From the NCBI GenBank assembly GCA_030704615.1, contig CM060731.1, positions 61,318,001-61,382,000 on the forward strand: a DNA stretch of 64,000 nucleotides. Direction: 5' to 3'. Position numbers and translations under genes: made by a program. Source of the DNA: Takakia lepidozioides (taxonomy: Eukaryota > Plantae > Bryophyta). The notes beneath the pieces were generated by a model that had not been told where the DNA came from, made no database searches, and saw only the letters and a list, made by a program, of their open reading frames with translations. Shown here piece after piece: positions 12,514 to 23,773 of the stretch (its first letter is position 1; each line of letters begins with the position of its first letter).

Positions 12514-13554
12514 TTTTTTTAATTAATTTGTTAGATTTTATTATGTTTTTAAATAAATAAATTCGATATAATATAAAAAACATACATATACATATTGGAG
12601 GGTTATTTTTAATGATGAAAAATGAGAATATACATACAGAAAGGGGTACTTTTCAAAAATTGTAAATTTTTGTATATTTACAGGAGGGGATTTTATAATC
12701 TTCAAAAAGTATGTACAGAGGGGGTATAAATTATCCAAGGACCCGTATACAGGGGGTTTTTTTATTAGGCGACGAACGCACATGATACGCACAGTTTATA
12801 AAGAGTGCAACCCCCGGGACTTTGGGTCACATGTTGCAGGCTGATAGGATCATCCATGGACTCAACATAACCAACCATATAACCCAACAACCAGCCTATC
12901 ATAGATAGAATCCATGTTGCAGATGAAACCTTATTGGCCCTGCAAGCATCGAAAGCCAATTGGACAGAGCCTTCCTTACCCTTCAAAACTTCTGTATGGC
13001 CTCCGGTTTTAAGGTAAACTGGAGCAAAACTTATGCCCTGCTTGTGGGAGACAAAACTCTTTCGGCTTAAATACGTGTTTAAGGCACCAGGCCTTGATAG
13101 TTCGAACTATACTCTGAAGAGTAGCAGGATCCCCCCTTTACTGACTACAGTGTATGTGCCTTATGGTGTAATTGAGGGTTTTAATTTTTTCCCCTCTAAT
13201 AATCAGAATAAAGTTTCCAGGGCCTCATCCCTGTTCATTTTTAAAAATAAAAAAGAAATATCTCTTTGGGTTCCTTCCTCAGTCAGGGGTGTATATGACT
13301 CATCTTGGTTTGGGTTCTTTTTCCCCCCTCCTCGAATGGTATAAAGGAAATTGAATAAAAAATAAATATAGTTATTCCTATTTTGGTCAATAATAATATT
13401 TTTTATTTTTTATTTTTTTAGGAAAGGAATTTTTGTTTATTATTGAACAAAAGAGGAATAACTATATTTATTTTTTCTCTTGGTCATAAATTCCCAAGCT
13501 TCCATCATTAACTAATCATTGTGGATGGGCCCAATGGCCCCCAGACCAATGAAC

Positions 13555-13821
13555 CAGGGTTTTTTTTCTTGGCGAATTTTCGCCAAATTTCGACGTTAAA
13601 AAAAAAGGAATATTCAAATTCCCTGTTTTTTCATGGATGAAATCGCCAAATTTCTCCAAATGAAAAAAAAATTATGGATGAAATCGCCAAATATGGATGA
13701 TATAATGTACGGACATGGATGATTCTGTCCAAATTTCAATGGATGAACAAAATGTATGGCTATTTTTTGCCAAACTCTGTAGCCACTTGCGCTTTTTTTC
13801 AAATTCAAGAAAAAAACACTG
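13555..13821. mobile_element. hAT-type MITE (267 bp)
   Basis: TIRs CAGGGTTTTTTTTCTT / AAGAAAAAAACACTG. 8-bp TSD CAATGAAC / CCATGAAC (1 mismatch). Internal ATGGATGA and TCGCCAAA repeats. Confidence 0.8.
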
Positions 13822-16754
13822 CCATGAACTCCAGCAAAGCATAGAAGGGAGGGAATAGTGGGGAGAGCGTGAATGCCATTGGTCACATGTTGCGAGCACG
13901 TAGTTATGCATGTTACAAAGTGCTTACAAGAATTCGAGCACGTCAAGGTTGCACATGAATATGCCGCCTCCAGCATCCCATCTCTGGGGGGAAGCATATT
14001 AATTTGCCTGGGAATAATCTGTCGGGAGCGCTTAGTGGTGAGCGGAGTTGGGTATTAATAGTGTAAGTTATGCTGCGCCCATGATGCCAGTGTTTGTGAA
14101 TAGTCATTTACGGAGAGTGCATGTGGATGCTGCTAAGGTCTATCATATTCCTTTATGTTTTTGGTAGATTCTGGTGTCGGTGTGTTTCTGTATTCTCCAT
14201 CTCCGTGCTCTCATCCTTCAAGTGTCTTAGATCACATTCTTTCACTTGAGTGCGTGCATAGATCGCTTGAGCAGTGAGTATATGCATCCCCAACTCTGCG
14301 AAGCAGGGATTCAACTGGTGTGTACGTGTGGGTTGTTGTGGTCGTGAATTAGACGGCTTAGCATCCACTGCCCCCTCGCCCTACCGCCTCCTTCCCTGCG
14401 TGTGCACTGCTGCTGCTGGACTTGTTGCTTGTGCTTGCTGGACGCCCTGGAATTTGTTGATGTGCAGTGGAGATTGACACTGGGAAAAGGCATGAGCAAA
14501 TGCAGACTCCCCCAAATGTGAAGTGTGTGTGACGGGGTACACTGGCGTCTCCATTGATGCATGGAAGGAGGGTTCCATCCATGGGGTAGAAAAAGGGGGA
14601 ACTCCATCCAGCTGGTTACTTGCATTGAACAAGAGAGATCTTCAGAAGGACTAAAGTTAACATACCCAGATCCTATCAACAAATCTGTGTGATGAGAAAG
14701 AGACTGGGAGGGGGCCAGGAGCAGCAGAGGGAGGACTCGCTGGAGGAAACACACCCGTGAGTAAATCAAAGCCAGCTGCACCATAAGGAAAATGAAAGTG
14801 TTTGCTAGCTGGGTGAAATCCCATTGAAACACTGCTCAAACTGGCCATAGATGGTTGGAGGTCCCAAAGCGAGCCTTGTGAATAAGGCTCCTTGGAGGTT
14901 GAGCCCTCCAAGAGATGGCCCAATCCTGTAGGGAGTGGAGAACCAAATGAGGTGTTGTCAACATCTCCAAAATCGATCAATGGTGGCATAGAAGAGGACT
15001 GACTTACTGTCCCTGCTTTGTGGCCTGTCTGGGTTGATCGGATGCATGATGTTGCCGTTGCAAGGTCATTAATTGTATTATAAGCCAATGTAGCCCACCC
15101 AATTCAATTCTGCTGCAGGTTTACCACCTCAGCTCACCATGCATCAAACTGTTTCAGAGATATAGCAAAATTGGAAGATAGCATATGTATTCTGTTCAGC
15201 TTGCAGCCTCTGGATACAGTACATTGCTCTGCCCAGGTATGAGCATTGCAGGTTCATTTCTTTGTGACAAAAGTTTATTGTATCTAGAATCGAACTGCAG
15301 TCTCTAGACACTAGTGATCCCAATGGATAATCTCTATTATGTAATAAAAAGGTTGCTCCCAAAAGATACCTAGAAGCTAGTAAATGAATGGATCCCCATT
15401 CAGAAACGCCCAGTGTATTACTGCGCACGAACTCCAGAGATCGAAGCTCCATAAATGGGTGGCAGAGGCTGAGACTCAGGTCTATCAAAAAATTATATGC
15501 CCCCAGATGGGGTTCCAAGAACCTCGTCCAGTGAAGTACGAAGTACTGTGAGGCAACAATAGGGCCTGTAGGCATTAGAAAGAAAATGTCAACACACTTG
15601 GACTGTCATAAGTAGTTCCAAGATCTTGGAATTTTTAAAACTGAAATTTAAAGAATCGAGAGGGATATCTCATGATTGGATTGGACCGATTGGGCCATTG
15701 ATAATGGCTTGCAGGAAGGCCGCCCTCCATATCTTTGTCGTTGGCAACATTGGCGACCAGGAGGCCCTGACATTTGAAGCGCAGTCTGTGGTGCAGTTTT
15801 AGATCTTACTGAACACTTTTGAAGCGCCTGGACAAGACAAGTTCATCTGAGGCAAAACCTGGGAATGACCTACAGCTATGACTCATCTCCGGCAGGTACA
15901 GGTAGCTCGAGACAGGACCGTCTGGTTGACAACGACGATTCCTGTCTATACACAGACTGGTTTCACGGCACTGATGATGTTGGCGACCCAAACCGAAGAT
16001 CAATCCAAAATTCCCCTCTGCCAATTATTATCGAAGAGCCGTCGAGCATGGGCGACGATATTTGGCAAGAGCTGAACCTGCCCCACCATAACGATGAGCG
16101 GGTTTCAGATACCCACATGGCCGATACTTCTTACTGTATCGCCGAGGCTGTGAGCAACTTTACTTCAGGCGGGACGCAGCTCCAAGAGAAGGTAGTCTCG
16201 CCACCTCGGGACAAGTTAATGAGTGTGATAGGCATACATTGGTGGGATATAGGAGTGGAAACATTCATACAGCCGTCGCAGAGAAAGGTGAGGGTTCGAC
16301 AACGCAAACTTGGTGAATCGCTTGGGTTATAATTCTGCTAGACATACTAGGCTGGGTCATGGACAATTTCAGTCTCTTAGACTAGATGAGGAGAACAATC
16401 AGCTTACATATCCTGACTTACGGCGAGAGTCAGTCGCTGAGCCGGCATTAATGGAAACCGAATTATAATCTATGGACTGTTGATCTGCGACACTCAAGAA
16501 GTAGCTTCCCAGGGCGTTCCAATTACTAGCTAGCAGCCTTGGAGGCCTGTCTCCTGCACGCAAGCAGGCGCAGCGAGAATCTCACAGCAATAGGCCAGAG
16601 ATGCCAGGTCAAATTATCTCCTTAAGGATAGGGTGGCCTTCTCTTCCCTCATATATATTGCAGCATCCAGTCAGCTAGTCACGAGTGAATGTGAGAAAGC
16701 AGGCCACTCTAGATTGCACATGTCAGACCAAGGATCGGCAGCTGGGGAGCTGAC

Positions 16755-18369
16755 ATGTACCCCAACAATGTGCAGATCATGGAGGCCGAAGCTGCAGGAA
16801 ATACCATAAGGTCAACACTGGCCAGACCATCCAATCAGCAACCCGGAGAGTCTTGTTGGGCAGAGCAGCTGCTGACACTATGCGCGACAGCCATAGCTAG
16901 CAAGAATATTGTGCGCACCCAGCACCTCATGTGGGTTCTGAATGATTTGGCATCCCTTACAGGCGATGCAAATCAAAGACTGGCTGCCTACGGGCTTAAA
17001 GCCCTTTTCTGTAGAATCACAAGCGGGGATGAGTCAGTAGCATCTTATGACATGCGTCTAGCAATCAATCAGGTCGGGACTCTCGGCCCCAAGACAGTGC
17101 ATAGAGCGCTGCTCAAGTTCCATGAAGTCAACCCCTGGCACCAGATGGTCTATACGGTTGCCAATGCCTCCTTACTGCAAAGCTTTGTGGGACATAGCCA
17201 CTTGCATGTCATCGATATCGGTGTGTCGCAAGGCACACAATGGCCTCTATTCATTGATGCCCTGGTCACACGAGTTTCCGGCCCTCCCGCACTCCTGCGG
17301 ATAACGACACTGAAGGACCAGGGTACTCCATTGACTGCGGATGCCCAGATGAGCTCCTCTTCTGGGGAGTTTACGGATCGCCTGGTCAAGTTTGCCAATC
17401 TTATGGGCCTAAACGTGGAACTCGATACAGTGGTGGGCTCGTTGGAAACTATCACTCGAGAGAACCTTAATCTCAGAAAGGGAGAGGTAATCACTTGACT
17501 TGGAACTTCAGGGTGGCTTGCATTTACAATATTTCCGTGCCTCACGCTATAATTTGTCGTTTACATCTTTGAGGTCTAGAGATGTAGATACACTTGTAGC
17601 CCTTCAGTACCACGTGATTTGAGAGCAAATTCTCAGGCCCAACCCATCCACATTGCACGGCGAAAAGCTGCTAACTTGCAGGTAAGTGCATTCTTTGTGG
17701 ACCACTTTGCTTATGATAGATCTGTAGAGTAAACTTGACAGCTCCAGATAAGTAAACCTCTAAAGAAGCGGAATGTTTCATGGAACTTAGGTTCTTGCAG
17801 TCTGTGCCCAATTTCGTCTGCATCGGCTAAGCGATGAGATTGATGTGAGTACTGAGGCACCACCAAACGGTGTTATTAGTCCATCTAAAGCGAGTTCTCC
17901 TCGGGACGCCTTTCTCCACTTTTTGCGAGAGTTGGAGCCTCGTGTGCTGATTCTCAGCGACAATGATACAGACCACCTCTCCCCCGACCTCCTTCCTCGC
18001 TTTCATAACGTGACGAGGTACTTCTGGAAGTTCCTCGATTCTTCGAGTGCAGCTTTCCATGGTCAGGACAGTGAAGACCGCCAAATCATTGAGTATGAGG
18101 CTGCCATGACCATGCTCAACAATGTGGCTTGCGAAGGGACCGCACGCGTAGAGCGGAATGAAACCCATGTAGGGTGGGGAAGGCGAATGGAGAGAGTTGG
18201 ATTTGTACAAGTTCTCCCTTGTAAAGAAATTCTGGATACTGTTCATTTGCTTCTCCAAAAGTATGGCGCCAATTGGGATTTTTCTGTGGCCGGAAACTCT
18301 GTCGCTTTAATGTGGAAGCACCAGCCAGTCACTTTCTGCTCGGTTTGGAAGACTCAGTCATCATCGTAA
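16755..18369 (+). CDS. NSP1: GRAS transcription factor, NSP1-like; join(16755..17486,17791..18369), possibly with an extra 5' exon
   Basis: WAEQLL..CA..I...N..R.QHLM, TGDANQRLAAYGL, LHVIDIGVSQGTQWP, VLAVCAQFRLH, RVERNE and TFCSVWK match the NSP1 subfamily as recalled. The phase-0 GT-AG intron 17487-17790 joins the two ORFs in frame. Confidence 0.88.
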
Positions 18370-18564
18370 GCTGAGCACTTGAGCTTGTAGGCGCACCCTG
18401 TGTTATAATTTGTGAATATATATTGATCAAGTTGGTCACTCAAAAGCTTCATGAGTTTGAGCTCAGATATCTGGAAAGCCCCAACTGATTGTTTATACCA
18501 AGGTAAGTCAGCCTACTGGAGTGAGTCCCTCACAAAGATAGTGCCTATTCCCTAGGTTTCCGTC

Positions 18565-18625
18565 CAAACTGGGCATGGAGTCTATGGCCACAAGGCGGCA
18601 AACAAAGTCTAATGAGTACATTTCA
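18565..18625 (+). mobile_element. Short 3'-end fragment of the same LINE family as 8631-11328
   Basis: AAACTGGGC...ATGGCCACAAGGCGGCAAACAAAGTCTAATGAGTACATTTC matches 11270-11330. Confidence 0.75.
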
Positions 18626-19129
18626 AGCTTACCTGTTCATCCATTTCTTCATTCAAAAACTCAATTCACAAGCTCAATGCATCAACAATGAACAAAATAA
18701 TTTACAGCCTTGTCAACTTGTCCCCAGAAATCTTCGGAATCTCACAACAGCAGTAAAGTCGATTTCCATGAAAAGAGATGTGTCACTTCCACACATGTTG
18801 AAATGGCAAACTCATACAGCTTTTGCTTTACAAAAAGGCTCAAGTTAATGTACAAGACAAGGGCCCCTGAACCTCTGTGGCTTCCAAGGATCTAATGCAG
18901 AATTTCACAACTCAAAGCACCAACAAGTTTACACGACTACCCCTTGCAAGAGATAGTGTGGGCTACTCCATCCAATCAAACATAAGCTTCTATAATCCCA
19001 CAATGGGATCTATTTGCAAAGAAAGATTTTGCTTATTGAATTAGGCCCTTCTCAATGCCATCTAGGGGTCCTTCAAATAATGCATGGTCAGGTTGCTATA
19101 TGAGGTTGAGGGGGGACCAACAGGTGGCA

Positions 19130-22100
19130 TCAGTAGGAGTTGTCATACTGTGGCCCAAGTAGATCCCGCAGTGTGATGCCTTTGAACACCGGACAGGTCT
19201 TCGAGTTTGATTTTCTCTCCTCGCTCTTGCGTTCCAAAGTTGCATCCTGGTTGTAGGTGTGATCCCTCACCTCCTGCCTCACCTCATCGCTTTCACTTGC
19301 AGTTTCCCACTCTGAATCCCCCTCCTCTTCCTCCTCCTGCTCCTCCTCCTCTGACTCTGCATCTCCATTCGCCTCGTACTGAATACTCCCATGTTTTATT
19401 GCCGCATCCTTAAACAGCCAGGCTGCTTGCATTTGCTTCTTGACTAAGCGCTCCACATATTCCGGGACCCTGTTCTGTTTGAGGTCTGTTTCATTTGCAC
19501 CAGACTGGGAGCACTCGTTGATGAACATGATAGCATCCAAAAGGCTTTCTTTGTGGAAGGCCAGCATCTCATATGCCTGCATCCAGGTGAGAAATCCCAA
19601 GTGATATTCAGGAGTGACTGTCATTGTGAAGGTGGCAGCAAGCCAACATTTCTGTGTTTCAAGAATTGATCACGCCCCCACTTGTGCTTAGATTCGAAAT
19701 TTAATATGGTACACTACCTGCATTTAAAAGGTTGGTGAATATGGGCTCATCGGTTGCCCTCATCCGATACTATATATGTCTTGGAGACCATATATAGATA
19801 GATATATCAGCACTCTTACCAGATTAGTGTTTTTGCCTCTGTGGCTCTTGGAAAAATCCAGATCGCAGCACTTGAACAATGACTGTATGGCAGCTCAGAA
19901 ACTCAAATACCGGTACAGTTTGTTCAAACAATGGCTTCAGTGAAAATTGAGGCATGCACACACAACTTTACCTGTGCCCTTCTCCATAAGCTTTTGCCAT
20001 GGCGATTGACTGGATTGTGAAGAGAGAGTGCCCGCGTGGTATCACTGATCGCTCCTTCTGCATTGTGAAGCAACAAATGGCACTGTGCACGATTGCTATG
20101 TAGCACGACCCTCTCCTTCTTTGACCGCACAGGGCATAGATTAAGAGCTTCAGTATATTTAGCTGCTGCACCAGCTATGTCGCCAGAGGAAAACCTTGAA
20201 TTTCCCTCCAACTTCACAACTAGTGCTGCTGCTTGCTTTATTTGTAGATCCTCCTTGGGAGCCGTCTTTTCCCACTTTGCTTTCTTTCGTAGGGCAGCAA
20301 ACTCGTCCAATAGTTGCCGAGTTTGAGTGGATAGGTGTGCTGTGATAGACGGAGATGGATTAGGCTTATAGTCTTGCAGAAGCACACTTGTCATAACCTC
20401 CCCAAGCCGCTTGTGGTCTCCCAAGCTTGGCAGCTCTGCCAGGTCTACGAGTGCCACTGTAGCTTTGTCTAACACCTGACAACAGAACCATTTTGTGTGA
20501 GGTATAATCAATGCAAATTTGCATCAACAATTAATATGACACACCCTTGAGGGAAAATCCACGGCAGACACTCGCTGTTCTGGCCAGTCATGGAGTTTGC
20601 ACCCACCAGTGTGAGCCTCAGCTTGAGATCGCCAAGATGTCCCCCACAGCCTTGGAGAGAAAGCGAGAGAGAGAAGAGAAGCAGATCAGAGGAAAGATCA
20701 GAAGAAGGAACAAGAGGGATCAGACATTACCTTTGTGTCCAGTACTGGGATTCCCTTGAAAAAAACAACTAATTCAGGCTTTCCAGATTTCCTCTAGAAA
20801 GCCCTTCACACTAGCATCAATCAGGTGTAAGCTGCCCAGCAACTAGACCCTAACAGCGCAAGGGCTTTATGGCTCAGCCTCAAGATTTTCGAAGTTGGTG
20901 AACAAAGGCGCAGGGACTATGTTCTTGCTGAAGAGGGTCGATCTCTGATGAGAATACCCCCGGACATTGTATCAGAAAATGGATATTAAATTAAGGCTGC
21001 CCACACATCGGGCACTACCAATCTCCCTTTCTGCGTCTGTTTATTGTTCAAAGGTAGACTCCCCGCCCTGAGGTTATTTTCAGTCGAGTGCCGAGGGTAG
21101 ATAGGCCCTTCAGATCATCCTGAAGGTCCTCACAAACCGGAAACAAGTTCAGGGAAGTTTTATCCCTAGCTTTGTTGAAGAGAGAGAGAATGTACTCATA
21201 AGACTTTGTTTGCCAAAGCCTTCTGGCCACAGACTCCGCTGAAGAGAGAATGTACTCATAAGACGTTGTTTGCCGTAGCCTTGTGGCCATTGACCCCGCG
21301 CCCAGTTTGAGCGGAAACCAAAGGGACAGAACCTACCTCCATCAGGGGCTGACGTTCGTAGTAAGACTTACCTTGATACATAGAATTGATCCGGGTTTTC
21401 CAGATATCCTCTAGAAATCCCTTCACACAAGCATCAATCTGCTGTGTGTGATTTGCCCAAAAACTAGGCCTCAGAAGGGCCTGGGCTTTTGGCTCAGCCT
21501 CGAGACTTTCAAAGTTGGTAAACAGAGGTACAGGCACAATTCCCTTGATAGATTGCAGAGAGCGTCTCTTTGGTGAGAGAACCCCGGACAGTGTATCAGA
21601 AAATGAATATTGTTGGCTGAAGAGAGAGAGAAAGAGAATGTACTCAAAAGACGTTTACCGTAGACTTGTGGCCATTGACCCACGCCCAGTTTGAGCAGAA
21701 CACAAAGGAACATAAACTACCTTTGTCAGGGGCTGACGCCGATAGTATGACTTACCTTGGAACAGACAAGAGAAAAGAGAGCGAGAGAGAGAGAGAGAGA
21801 GACCTTCAGCCGAGTAGTTGGATCTTGCAGCAACCACACAAGGCAATCAACAGCCATGTACTGCCAGTCATCTGATGATCGTGCAATGTTACACAGTGTG
21901 TCTATGATGCCTGGGCAGTCCGCCACCGGTGACCTTCCTAACCTCTGATGACAGATTGTGCGCAAAAGCCCCACCCCAGCCGGCGAATTCTCATTAACAA
22001 GTCCACCCCACATGCCTGGAAGCTGCCCCAGAAAATCAGTCTGGCAAATTATGGGGAGAAACTCGTCCTTGAAGGCGAAACAGTTGATCAGCTGTAACGA

Positions 22101-23773
22101 CCAGCATTGTAACTGGCTAGCCCACTCCTCTGCCTTGCGCGATTCCATTTCCAGACCACCCATTCCCCGTGTCAGGAGGTCACAATGGTAGCTCATGCGT
22201 TTATCGACAAACTGTAGAAAGTGGGTGTACACTATTTCCAAGGCATCAATTGCAAGCTGAATTGAAAGCTCTAATATGTCCCTGTAGGCTGCAACTGCTG
22301 GAAATGTACTATCATATGTCGCCAGGTGTCCAAGTGCCCGCACCGCCACCCTTTGCTCAACCCATGTCAACCGCCCCCTCAGAAGCTCCATCAAAGCAGA
22401 TATGACACCTGGCAACACCAACTATTTCATCAGCCAGTGCTCTGAAGAAAGATGGTCTACTGCTGATCACTGTATCTAGTCATTGAAGTAGAGAATCAAA
22501 TCACATCTTTAGAGTGTTGTCATGCTTCTTGTGTTGTAAACCAGATATCCTGCAAGTATCTTGCAAGTACACAGCCAGCATAAAGTCACCTCTGATAGTA
22601 CTAAACTTGAGAAACCATCAAGCATGCGAGTCCAAATGTTACCTGCCCTCACAGCCCGCTCTGCAAACTCTTCAACATTCATAGTGTACGACCCAATTAT
22701 GTGGGCCGCATAATATGGAATATATACATTCTGGTCTTGGGCTAGCCAATGGCGGTCCTCAATACCCTTCCATATAAGTGCAGACATGCATTCAAAGATG
22801 CCGAGTTCAATAAACTCGGAGTCGTTAGGGTGCGCCATTGCAGTATTCCATAGTCCGCTAATAGCCAACACCTGTAACACACAGACCTCCACATGTAAAT
22901 ATACACACTGGCTCCATGCTTCACAATGCCCCTGGTTTGTGCACTTTGCCCTCTTGCTATCCCTTACCCTTACAAAAATAAGGTTGCCAAGGGTGAAAAC
23001 GTAGCCATTCTACTTCAGGCCTCATGAATCATGTATTTGGACAAACATGTGGTGATATAGCTCAGATCAGCTACTATTGCAGCGGTTATGAAAGGTTATA
23101 TCTGTTGTGGCTGTGCCTTACCCTTTTCCTTCCTGCCCAGGGGAGGAAGCCCTCGTCTCTCACACTCCCACATGTCCCTCCCATATTACAACTGACAAGG
23201 AGTATTCAAAGCTCAAGTGCAATAAGCTGTGGACAGCCTTGAAAGTCCTGCTCAAAAGGAATTAAAGTGAAGCTCCACACGACTATGCTCTGACATTCTT
23301 CACGGCCTTTTATGAATCAAGGACTGTCCCAGAGTATTCAACTAACTTCACAATCAAGTTAGATGTCTGCCTCTGTGGAGCTATGTAACCGAGAGAAAGA
23401 ATCCATTAGCCCAATGAGCAGATAGTGAGGCTACCATTCAATGTAGGTTGGAGTGGGTATTCTTCCCAAAACAAGACGACCTTCTTCAAGCAACTCAAGC
23501 ATGTCAGTACACCTCCTTCTATCAGTTTGTGAAATTAAAGACAATGCCAACAGCCCTGACCCACCTGAAGTATTCCGCATATAGATTATATAATTTCAAA
23601 GCAATGTGAATCTCTCTATTGAATAGACTGATGATCACCTGTCCTTCTTCATTTTGCCCAGGCAACTCCTTAAAAAACTTGGCAATGCTCGTGCGACGTT
23701 TCACAGGGCTTTCCTCTTTCATCACACAAAAAAAGCACCCTGGATAGGGACAATCGGTTGCATGTCTCTCCAT
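19130..23773 (-). CDS. ARM-repeat/TPR protein (similar to Arabidopsis At5g10200 as recalled); join(23773..23639,22871..22643,22408..21804,20475..19972,19576..19130), 639 aa
   Basis: DCPYPGCFFCVMKE, ISGLWNTAMAHPND, YIPYYAAHIIGSYTM, LTWVEQRVAVRALGHLATY and the TPR segment KLEGNSRFSSGD..AAAKYTEAL..HSNRAQCHL..SLWRRAQ. All four introns are GT-AG and keep the frame (135+229+605+504+447 = 1920 nt). Confidence 0.93.
20770..21760 (-). mobile_element. Cluster of nested 3' fragments of the 8631-11328 LINE family in intron 3 of the ARM/TPR gene
   Basis: Reverse-complement matches to 10800-11330 (e.g. LEAEPKAQALLRPSFWANHTQQIDACV). Three 3' ends ..GAGTACATTCTC.. at about 21190, 21250 and 21640. Confidence 0.88.

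Larger units (their letters stand above)
7909..12818. mobile_element. Internally deleted cut-and-paste DNA transposon with 16-bp TIRs and 8-bp TSD
   Basis: TIRs CCCGGGGGGTGCACTC / GAGTGCAACCCCCGGG (1 mismatch). Exact TSD ACTTTGGG at 7901-7908 and 12819-12826. Subterminal TACAG(G)AGGGGG motifs occur near both ends. Confidence 0.9.
6490..13260 (+). mobile_element. L1-like LINE reverse transcriptase remnant split into three pieces (about 6490-6963, 7586-7908, 12819-13260) by later insertions
   Basis: KTPGLDG..EFY, NYRPITLLNVAYKIIAKALA, FIKG|RYILDNLL, FLDFENAFDRVEW, RQGCPLSPFLF, DTLG|HMLQAD and ASGFKVNWSKT read continuously once the two insertions are removed. AATAAA and an A-rich tail lie at about 13207-13260. 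Confidence 0.88.

Noticed and set aside
14150-15088. Minus-strand gene from ORFs 14657-15088 and 14311-14832
   Set aside because: The composition looks coding-like, but there is no recognisable domain or consistent splice model.
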